Source of the DNA: a virus
Taxonomy: Duplodnaviria > Caudoviricetes
Length of the DNA: 25,834 nucleotides
IMG/VR virus record: IMGVR_UViG_3300030372_005327
Span: 1-25,834 of that record
Direction: 5' to 3' (one strand)
Under the pieces are notes generated by a model that was not told the DNA's origin, did not search any database, and saw nothing but the letters and a program-made list of their open reading frames with translations. Positions 1 through 6,943 of the stretch are shown in pieces. Both the position numbers and the translations under genes were made by a program. The first letter of the stretch is position 1. The number at the start of each line of letters is the position of its first letter.

Positions 1-1
1 A

Positions 2-202
2 AGACGTGCACATTGGAAAGAACACTTAATAGATGAAAGTGATGAACTTCGTGAACACGTTGAAGCGCAGCACAACTTCGACAACATACCTGCAGAAAAA
101 CGAATTAAAACTTTTGTAGTAGAATATGACGAACAAGTAGTACAGTCAATCTACGACAGAATAGAAGAATGTCGTGTATATTATAACACTTTAATACAAT
201 GA
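2..202 (+). CDS. 3' end of a probable YqaJ/lambda-exonuclease-like recombination nuclease (partial)
   Basis: Open frame RRAHWKEH...NIPAEKRIKTFVVEYDEQVVQSIYDRIEECRVYYNTLIQ* ends at TGA 200-202, overlapping the next ATG. The tail resembles phage YqaJ-type exonuclease C-termini and an SSB-like gene is nearby; catalytic motifs are not in the window. Confidence 0.5.
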   Translation, partial: RRAHWKEHLIDESDELREHVEAQHNFDNIPAEKRIKTFVVEYDEQVVQSIYDRIEECRVYYNTLIQ

Positions 203-579
203 GGTTTAAAAATACAAGTCATAAAGACTATATAGAAGTTGATAATTTAATTGATTTCTTGACAGATTATAAAGAAACTCATATACATTACGAAGATTTT
301 TTGCCTTTATTATTTTATAAATTAGAATATTCTTTTGGTTTTAGATATATCGAAGAAGATAAAGGATATTATAAACCCGAACCTACAGACATAATGTTAT
401 TTTATGCTATACAGTACCATACATTAGAAGACGGTTCAAGATTTATGTATAGCAAAAATTGGTGGTCTGATTTAGCAAGTTGGTACAAAGCTTTGCACAA
501 TAATAAATATGTAATACCAAAAAAAATAAAGTTTTCAACGTTGGAAAAACGAATAAAACAGTATAAAAAATTAAATTAA
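199..579 (+). CDS. hypothetical protein (126 aa)
   Basis: ORF track; ATGA overlap with upstream gene; noticeably AT-rich. Confidence 0.7.
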   Translation: MRFKNTSHKDYIEVDNLIDFLTDYKETHIHYEDFLPLLFYKLEYSFGFRYIEEDKGYYKPEPTDIMLFYAIQYHTLEDGSRFMYSKNWWSDLASWYKALHNNKYVIPKKIKFSTLEKRIKQYKKLN

Positions 580-583
580 GTTT

Positions 584-805
584 ATGGACAATCAAATATT
601 TCAATATTACAGGGAACTACAGAAACAAGAACAACACGCTAAACAACTTCTTAGCAAACTTGGCTACGTTATAGGCGACAAAGCTGCAATAGATGAAACT
701 GTTATGCTTATCAAAAGCAGAAAGATAAATAGTTATAGAGGTGTTGATCTAATTATTAAAGAACTAAACGAATACAATGCAGACAACGAAAACACGAAAG
801 ACTAG
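584..805 (+). CDS. hypothetical protein (73 aa)
   Basis: ORF track; tightly packed in operon. Confidence 0.7.
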   Translation: MDNQIFQYYRELQKQEQHAKQLLSKLGYVIGDKAAIDETVMLIKSRKINSYRGVDLIIKELNEYNADNENTKD

Positions 806-914
806 CGTTATTCACATAAGAGTAACAGACAAACAAAAGAAGCTTTTAACAGAAAAAGCAAGGCGCACACGAAAGACGTTAAGCGCATACATTTTAAGTA
901 AAACCATAAAGTAA
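777..914 (+). CDS. small ribbon-helix-helix-like DNA-binding protein (45 aa, not in ORF track)
   Basis: MQTTKTRKTSVIHIRVTDKQKKLLTEKARRTRKTLSAYILSKTIK*: alternating beta strand (VIHIRV) plus two helices with an LSAYI motif typical of RHH/MobC-like proteins; stop abuts next ATG at 915. Confidence 0.65.
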   Translation: MQTTKTRKTSVIHIRVTDKQKKLLTEKARRTRKTLSAYILSKTIK

Positions 915-1160
915 ATGGAACAGAAAGACAACACAGGTGCAATTTTTAAGAACGACTACAAAAAGACGGAACAACATCCGGACTACAAAGGCAAAGCAAT
1001 GATAGACGGCAAAGCCAAAGACGTTGCAGTATGGTTAAACGAATCACAGAACGGCAAGAAGTATTTTAGCTTAAAGTTTTCAGAACCTTACCAAGCAGAA
1101 GCAGAAGCACCAAAACAAAATATGCCGCAAGACTTACCAAGTAGCGATTTACCTTTTTAG
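915..1160 (+). CDS. small single-stranded DNA-binding-like protein (DUF736-like)
   Basis: GAIFKN...HPDYKG...W...GKKYFSL core and acidic C-terminal DLPF tip typical of SSBs. Confidence 0.65.
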   Translation: MEQKDNTGAIFKNDYKKTEQHPDYKGKAMIDGKAKDVAVWLNESQNGKKYFSLKFSEPYQAEAEAPKQNMPQDLPSSDLPF

Positions 1161-1181
1161 ATTAGGTTAGTTTAGATTAGT
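1157..1181 (+). repeat. tandem pentamer (TTAGN)x5
   Basis: ttaga ttagg ttagt ttaga ttagt, directly before the terminator. Confidence 0.85.
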
Positions 1182-1182
1182 T

Positions 1183-1210
1183 AAGCACTCAGAAATGGGT
1201 GCTTTTTTTT
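1183..1210 (+). terminator. intrinsic terminator
   Basis: AAGCACTC-agaaat-GGGTGCTT hairpin followed by a T run. Confidence 0.85.
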
Positions 1211-1263
1211 GTTAACAACGTTTCGTGTAAAACTACGTCTATACACTATTAGAAAATAATCAC

Positions 1264-1271
1264 TACATTTG
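1264..1271 (+). promoter_or_regulatory. Bacteroidota sigma70-type -7 box upstream of the sigma gene
   Basis: TACATTTG matches TAnnTTTG, 15 nt before ATG 1287; no clear -33 box. Confidence 0.55.
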
Positions 1272-1286
1272 TTTAAATACTAATCA

Positions 1287-1826
1287 ATGAAATGGCTTAG
1301 TAAAGTTGCAGAACATCACGAAGACTATTTACGCATCGTAAAGAGTTTAGGAGTTGACGACTTAGCAGAAGACATAGTACAGGAAATGTACATTAAGATT
1401 AGTAAGTATTGTTCACCGGAACGCATACTACAGGAAAACGGAACTGTAAATAAATACTACATAAGATGTGTGCTTTACAATTTAGTACACGATTATCGTA
1501 AACAACAAAACAAGCTAAACAAAGTTAATATAGAAGAAGTGTATAACTTAGGAGTAGAATACGACTACATAGAAGAAACAGAAGCTTTTACTTCTTTAAT
1601 TCATAAGATAGATAGCGAAGTAGAGACTTGGCATTGGTATGATCAAATGCTTTTTAACCTGTATCGTGAAAGTGGTAAGTCAATACGCAAACTTTCTGAA
1701 GAAACACGAATAAGCACAAGCAGTATATTTCAGACGTTAAAGTATTGTAAGAACGAAATACGAATAAATGTAGGTGAAGATTACGAAGATTATGTAAACG
1801 AAGACTACGAACACTTATGCGAATAA
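1287..1826 (+). CDS. phage-encoded ECF-like (sigma70 family) RNA polymerase sigma factor
   Basis: Region 2 signature LAEDIVQEMYIK...N..HDYRK and region 4 HTH (SIRKLSEETRISTSSIF); 179 aa is ECF size. Confidence 0.85.
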   Translation: MKWLSKVAEHHEDYLRIVKSLGVDDLAEDIVQEMYIKISKYCSPERILQENGTVNKYYIRCVLYNLVHDYRKQQNKLNKVNIEEVYNLGVEYDYIEETEAFTSLIHKIDSEVETWHWYDQMLFNLYRESGKSIRKLSEETRISTSSIFQTLKYCKNEIRINVGEDYEDYVNEDYEHLCE

Positions 1827-1975
1827 AAGACATTAAAGCAGAAATTAAAAGACTGCAAAGCAAGATAAACGGCAACGCAGAACAAGACAACGAAACACTT
1901 CAACAAATAGAAGAACTTCAACAAATTTTAAATAAAACAAATGGCAAAGAAAGCAACAAAAAAACGAACGACTAA
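1817..1975 (+). CDS. small coiled-coil hypothetical protein (52 aa, not in ORF track)
   Basis: MRIKDIKAEIKRLQSKING...KKTND* fills the gap and overlaps both neighbours. Confidence 0.5.
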   Translation: MRIKDIKAEIKRLQSKINGNAEQDNETLQQIEELQQILNKTNGKESNKKTND

Positions 1976-2321
1976 AAAGAAGTCTGAAGGTCTTGGAGAC
2001 ACAATAGAAAAGATAACAGAAGCTACAGGTATAAAAGCTGCAGTAAAATGGTTAGCAGGTGACGACTGTGGGTGTGAAGAACGAAAAGAAAAGCTTAACA
2101 ACTTGTGGCGGTACACACAACCTAAGTGCCTACAGGAAGACGAACACAAATGGCTACACGAATGGTACACTAGAAGAAGTGAAACTATGAAGCCAAGCGA
2201 ACAAAGAAAAATGCTTACTATTTACAATAGAGTATTTAGCACTAATCAACAACCTACACAATGTTCAAGCTGCTTAAGAGAAATAAATATTAAGATGGAA
2301 AAAATTTATAAAACCTATTAA
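1941..2321 (+). CDS. Cys-containing phage protein (possible Zn-binding)
   Basis: GLGDTIEKIT..TGIK, DCGC and CSSC motifs. Confidence 0.75.
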   Translation: MAKKATKKRTTKKKSEGLGDTIEKITEATGIKAAVKWLAGDDCGCEERKEKLNNLWRYTQPKCLQEDEHKWLHEWYTRRSETMKPSEQRKMLTIYNRVFSTNQQPTQCSSCLREINIKMEKIYKTY

Positions 2322-2322
2322 G

Positions 2323-2496
2323 ATGCCTATACCAAAACCAAAAGCAGGAGAAAAGAGACGTGATTTTATGGCACGTTGTATGTCTAACAATACAATGGTG
2401 AACGAATACGGCACAGATCAACGTTTAGCAGTTTGCAGTACAAGCTATAAAGACAACCTACAAAAAAACGAAAAAGACAATGGCAAAAAGAGGTAG
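2323..2496 (+). CDS. small two-Cys phage protein (57 aa, not in ORF track)
   Basis: MPIPKPKAGEKRRDFMARCM...QRLAVC...; fills the gap before terS and resembles a recurrent phage mini-domain (P.P...E....F..RC...QR.A.C). Confidence 0.7.
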   Translation: MPIPKPKAGEKRRDFMARCMSNNTMVNEYGTDQRLAVCSTSYKDNLQKNEKDNGKKR

Positions 2497-2908
2497 ACCA
2501 AGAAAGATAGAAAGCACAGAACAAATGTATGAAATGTTCAAAGCTTACAAAGTAGAACGCAAAAGTAATCCAAGAGTAAAGTATCACCTAAACCAAAGAA
2601 GTGGTGATATGGTAGGTGAGCCATTAGAAGTGCCTTTAACTATGGAAGGTTTCGAAATATTCTGTTGGGAAAAGTACGACTTAACAATAAGCAACTACTT
2701 CGATAAGAAAGAAGAATACAAAGATTTTTATACTGTCTGTACACGCATACGCAAAGAAATACGCGAAGACCAAATCACAGGAGGTATGGTAGGTCAGTAT
2801 AACCCAAGCATAACACAACGTCTGAACGCACTAAAAGAGCAGATAGAACAAACAAACATAGAACAACCATTATTTCCCGATGTTAAAGAGAACGACTGCA
2901 ATCAATAA
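2480..2908 (+). CDS. terS: terminase small subunit (P22 gp3-like DNA-packaging protein)
   Basis: GRPRK N-terminus, PLTMEGF, GGMVGQYNPSITQRLN; directly upstream of terL. Confidence 0.8.
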   Translation: MAKRGRPRKIESTEQMYEMFKAYKVERKSNPRVKYHLNQRSGDMVGEPLEVPLTMEGFEIFCWEKYDLTISNYFDKKEEYKDFYTVCTRIRKEIREDQITGGMVGQYNPSITQRLNALKEQIEQTNIEQPLFPDVKENDCNQ

Positions 2909-4037
2909 AATCTTAGCGTTAAAAAAACGAATTAAGATTATACAAGGTGGAACTTCTGCAGGAAAGACTTTTGGAATACTTCCCATACTCATAGACAAAG
3001 CAGCCAAGACAGGTGGCTTAGAAATTAGCGTAGTAGCAGAAAGCATACCACATTTAAGACGTGGTGCTTTAAGAGATTTCTTGAAATGTATGAAGTGGAC
3101 TAACAGGTATGTAGACGAACGCTTTAATAAGTCACTACTAAAATACGAATTTGCAAACGGCAGCTTTATAGAATTTTTTAGTGCAGACGATTCAAGCAAG
3201 TTAAGAGGTGCAAGACGTGACATACTTTATGTGAACGAATGTAATAACGTAAACTTTGAAGCTTACAACGAACTTTCTATAAGAACAAAAAAAGAAGTGT
3301 ACTTAGACTTTAATCCTGCTAATGAATTTTGGGTAGAAGAAATCAAAGAAGACAAAGAAGCAGATTTTATTATTTTAACGTACAAAGACAACGAAGCTTT
3401 AGACATAGGTATAGTTGACCAAATAGAAAAGAATCGTTTAAAAGCAGAAACAAGTACTTATTGGCGCAATTGGTGGAAGGTCTACGGACTTGGTGAACTT
3501 GGTATGCTTGAAGGTGTAGTTTTTAGTAATTGGAAGCAGATAGACACAATACCGAAAGAAGCAAGACTTGTAGGCATAGGTCTTGATTTTGGCTACACAA
3601 ATGATCCGACAAGCTGCATCGAAATCTACAGACATAACGAAAAACGAATACTAAACGAAATAGTCTACCAAACAGGTTTACTTAATTCTGACATAGCAAA
3701 GAAGTTGCCTAAAGACGTACCTGTATACGCAGATAGTGCAGAACCTAAATCCATAGCAGACATACAACGCTACGGAATCACGATAAAAGGCGTAACGAAA
3801 GGTCGTGACAGTATAAACTACGGAATAGATGTAATGCAACGTGAAGAATATTTAGTAACGTCTAATAGCACGAATCTAATTAAAGAACTTAGGTCTTATT
3901 GTTGGGATACAGACAAGACAGGTAAACGACTAAACAAACCCATAGACAACTACAATCACGCAATAGACGCGGTGCGTTATCACGAAATGGAAACGCTTGG
4001 TATGAACAAGAATTACGGAAGCTATAATGTTCTGTAA
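2880..4037 (+). CDS. terL: terminase large subunit (PBSX/SPP1-like)
   Basis: Walker A QGGTSAGKT, Walker B-like ILYVNE, coupling motif DFNP, nuclease motifs GLDFG, ADSAEP, NHAIDA. Confidence 0.95.
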   Translation: MLKRTTAINKILALKKRIKIIQGGTSAGKTFGILPILIDKAAKTGGLEISVVAESIPHLRRGALRDFLKCMKWTNRYVDERFNKSLLKYEFANGSFIEFFSADDSSKLRGARRDILYVNECNNVNFEAYNELSIRTKKEVYLDFNPANEFWVEEIKEDKEADFIILTYKDNEALDIGIVDQIEKNRLKAETSTYWRNWWKVYGLGELGMLEGVVFSNWKQIDTIPKEARLVGIGLDFGYTNDPTSCIEIYRHNEKRILNEIVYQTGLLNSDIAKKLPKDVPVYADSAEPKSIADIQRYGITIKGVTKGRDSINYGIDVMQREEYLVTSNSTNLIKELRSYCWDTDKTGKRLNKPIDNYNHAIDAVRYHEMETLGMNKNYGSYNVL

Positions 4038-4040
4038 AGT

Positions 4041-4070
4041 ACAAAAACACGAAAATTAAGTTATTACTAT
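4041..4070 (+). promoter_or_regulatory. putative late promoter 1 (ACA-N16-GTTATTA)
   Basis: ACA 4041, GTTATTA 4060, ATG 4071; same spacing at three other module starts. Confidence 0.75.
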
Positions 4071-4826
4071 ATGAAGTTAGACATAACACTTCCTACAAGC
4101 TTATCTGAAATACCATTAAGCCGGTATCAACAATTCATTGAAATGAAAGATAAGAGCAATGATGAAGAATTTATTGCACAGAAAATGATACAGATATTTT
4201 GTGGCATTAAGTTAGGCGAAGTTGCTAAGATAAAGATGAAGCACTTGAACGAATTGATTACACACTTTACAAAGGTGTTTAGTGAAAAGCCACAATTGAT
4301 AAGACAGTTTAAAATCAAAGATATTGAATTCGGCTTTATTCCACGATTTGACGACATAAGCTTCGGTGAATATGTAGACTTAGAGAACTATTTAAAAGAT
4401 TGGAAGACGTATCACAAAGCGTTAAGCGTAATGTACAGGCCTATCAAAACACGATACAAAGACAAGTACGAAATAGCAGACTACGAACCTAACGAAGATA
4501 TGCAAGAGTTAATGAAGTTTGCACCTTTAGACGTAGCTATAAGCAGTAGTTTTTTTTTGTCGAATTTAGGCGTAGAATTACTGAAAGCTACGCAGACTTA
4601 TTTGAAGAAAGAACTGAAGACGATGACGAAGGATTTAACCAATACTCAGAAAGAAATCAATTCGGAAAAAATTGGGGATGGTACACTTCTATCTATGGAT
4701 TGGCTGACGGAGACATTACAAAGTATGACCAAGTTACAGGATATAAACTTACTAAATGTCTCACCTATCTCACGTTCAAGAAACAAAAACACGAAATCGA
4801 AGCAAGAGAACTTAAACAACAAATGA
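4071..4826 (+). CDS. putative tail assembly chaperone, zero-frame (G-like) product
   Basis: Contains slippery T9 at 4550-4558 (S-F-F-L) with a long -1 frame downstream; heads the tail gene block. Confidence 0.6.
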   Translation: MKLDITLPTSLSEIPLSRYQQFIEMKDKSNDEEFIAQKMIQIFCGIKLGEVAKIKMKHLNELITHFTKVFSEKPQLIRQFKIKDIEFGFIPRFDDISFGEYVDLENYLKDWKTYHKALSVMYRPIKTRYKDKYEIADYEPNEDMQELMKFAPLDVAISSSFFLSNLGVELLKATQTYLKKELKTMTKDLTNTQKEINSEKIGDGTLLSMDWLTETLQSMTKLQDINLLNVSPISRSRNKNTKSKQENLNNK

Positions 4827-4834
4827 AACGATAA
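4550..4834 (+). CDS. -1 frame extension (GT-like product, about 254 aa fused; not in ORF track)
   Basis: Frame opens right after in-frame TAG 4547-4549: FFFVEFRRRITESYADLF...FGKNWGWYTSIYGLADGDITKYDQVTGYKLTKCLTYLTFKKQK...MKR*. No usable ATG; its TAA overlaps the next ATG (TAATG). Confidence 0.75.
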   Translation, partial: FFFVEFRRRITESYADLFEERTEDDDEGFNQYSERNQFGKNWGWYTSIYGLADGDITKYDQVTGYKLTKCLTYLTFKKQKHEIEARELKQQMKR

Positions 4835-5286
4835 TGGATTATTTTGACATAATAGACAAACTAAAAGCACACTTTGACGGAGACGTTTTAGTAAACACAG
4901 TAACACAAGGCAACCTGTTTGACATAGACTTAAGCAAACAAACAATATTTCCGCTTGTGCATATTATCGTTAACACGGCTTCGCTTGAATCTAACGTAGT
5001 GCGCTATAACATAAGCATACTTGCAATGGATATTGTAGACATAACAAAAGACGAAACAGTAAGCGAATTTGACGGCAACGACAACGAACTATATGTACTT
5101 AACACGCAGCTGCAAGTCTTAACACGATGCTACGAACTATTATTACGTGGTGACTTATGGTCTGACAAATTCCAAATAGACGGCAATCCAAGTTGTGAAC
5201 CTTTTGTAGACAGGTTTGAAAACAAACTTGCAGGTTGGACAATGACTTGCGATATATTAATTCCAAACGGTATGACAATTTGCTAA
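4834..5286 (+). CDS. putative tail terminator/completion protein
   Basis: 150 aa, acidic; FPLVHI strand and C-terminal GW strand; context. Confidence 0.5.
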   Translation: MDYFDIIDKLKAHFDGDVLVNTVTQGNLFDIDLSKQTIFPLVHIIVNTASLESNVVRYNISILAMDIVDITKDETVSEFDGNDNELYVLNTQLQVLTRCYELLLRGDLWSDKFQIDGNPSCEPFVDRFENKLAGWTMTCDILIPNGMTIC

Positions 5287-5834
5287 TGGCGCAATTTGAC
5301 AACATACAAGCATTGTTAGAAGACTTTAAGGATAATGTCATTCGTGAAGCTAAGAGCAACTTAAAAACGAAAGGCAATCTAAACAACAGTCTAAGAGGTT
5401 ATGTTAAAGAATCAAAGAACAGTATTCAGATAAGTTTTGAAATGGAAAGCTACGGTGCTTTTGTTGATCAAGGTGTTAAAGGCGACAAATCAAGCAACAA
5501 AGGAAACAGGCAAAGCGAATCACCATATAAGTTTGGTACGAATAGCAGTCTTATAGGAAAAGCGAAAGGTGGTATGTCGGGAATTATGACTAAATGGGTA
5601 AAGCAAAAAGGTTTTCAATGGAAAGACAAGAAGACAGGCAGGTTTATGTCTTACAAGTCTATGGGTTACATTATAGCAAGAAGCATATATTCTAAAGGTC
5701 TAAAACCTACACTTTTTTTTACTAAGCCATTCGAAAAGTATTACGATAAACTACCGGATGAACTTATGGAAATGTTCGGCTTTGATATGGAAAAACTATT
5801 CGACCAAATAACGAAATCAAATTTTAAGAAATGA
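5286..5834 (+). CDS. putative tail completion/neck protein (HK97 gp10-like); start probably 5286
   Basis: Basic; G.L.NSL, YGAFVDQG, IARSIY.KG.KPT.FF motifs; TAATG coupling at 5284-5288. Confidence 0.55.
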   Translation: MAQFDNIQALLEDFKDNVIREAKSNLKTKGNLNNSLRGYVKESKNSIQISFEMESYGAFVDQGVKGDKSSNKGNRQSESPYKFGTNSSLIGKAKGGMSGIMTKWVKQKGFQWKDKKTGRFMSYKSMGYIIARSIYSKGLKPTLFFTKPFEKYYDKLPDELMEMFGFDMEKLFDQITKSNFKK

Positions 5835-6943
5835 GTATAACACTTTCACGTTCACCTTACATTATAGAAATAGACGAAACAGGACAGACAGGTTCTAAGA
5901 TAGAATTGTTCTTGTGGACTACAGGAAGTCAACCTGCATCACCACAATACACTTTAAGCAAAAAAATACCTGCTTCAAACAACATAAAAACGTACTATAA
6001 TATTTCGCCTTATGTAAAAGAATACTACAGCTTTACGAATTGGGCAAACGGTGGAACAGAACCTTATAATAGTTACGATTTAGACATAAGCACAAACTAC
6101 ATAGTTAACTACACTCTAAAGCAATATAAAGAAGTAAGTGGAACATACACTTTGTTAAGCACTACTACAAGTCAGTTTATGGATGGCTATAACTACTATA
6201 TGGAAGGTTTTGACACGATTAATAATACAGTTTTACTTTCTGAAGGAAGGTATTTTTACAATTACGATAGTGGTGTAGGAACAAGTTTACCACAAACAAT
6301 GGCAGGAAGCTTTGACGTTCACCTTGCAGCAACTGATGTTATAAGATACACTAACTTAGTTACAGGTGTAGTCAATAACTTTACGGCTACAACTGCAGGT
6401 GTTAAAACGTTCAGTAGAGTTTACTTACCTAACTTATCACAAGGTAACAAAGTAGAATACTTAGCAGGAGGTAGTGCAGTACGTTGGACAGGTTACTTTG
6501 AGCCACAATGCGAACCAAAGTACACACCTGTCGCAGTAGACTTTATAAATCGGTACGGAAGTTGGGCAAGGATATTTTTCCAAAAAGCAAAAACACGAAA
6601 CATAAGCGTACAAGCAGACAACTACAAAGTAAACCCAAGTGCGTTACCTTATGTACCTACAAGCGAAGGACAAGTAAAAGAATTTAACAAGAACGGCAAA
6701 GAAACAATCAAGCTAAACACAGGATGGGTAAACGACTTATACGGTGAATACATTGAAGAACTATTGCTAAGTGAAAAAGTTATGCTTTATGATCCGGAGA
6801 AACTTTACAACAATACTGCAAAGTACACACCTGTAAACGTTCAAAGTAAAAGCTTACTAAAACAAAAAGGCATAAACAAGAAAGTAATAAACTATGAACT
6901 TACTTTTGAATTTGCTTTTGACTTAATCAATAACGTAGTATAA
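5831..6943 (+). CDS. tail structural protein (distal-tail-like C-terminal part)
   Basis: 370 aa, beta-rich; FINRYGSW, LNTGWV...ELLLSEKV, NYELTFEFA; precedes large tail protein. Confidence 0.55.
   Translation: MSITLSRSPYIIEIDETGQTGSKIELFLWTTGSQPASPQYTLSKKIPASNNIKTYYNISPYVKEYYSFTNWANGGTEPYNSYDLDISTNYIVNYTLKQYKEVSGTYTLLSTTTSQFMDGYNYYMEGFDTINNTVLLSEGRYFYNYDSGVGTSLPQTMAGSFDVHLAATDVIRYTNLVTGVVNNFTATTAGVKTFSRVYLPNLSQGNKVEYLAGGSAVRWTGYFEPQCEPKYTPVAVDFINRYGSWARIFFQKAKTRNISVQADNYKVNPSALPYVPTSEGQVKEFNKNGKETIKLNTGWVNDLYGEYIEELLLSEKVMLYDPEKLYNNTAKYTPVNVQSKSLLKQKGINKKVINYELTFEFAFDLINNVV

Noticed and set aside
6516-6836. 16-nt direct repeat CAAAGTACACACCTGT (KYTPV twice) in the tail gene
   Set aside because: Only two copies, in frame and coding; no recombinase or array context
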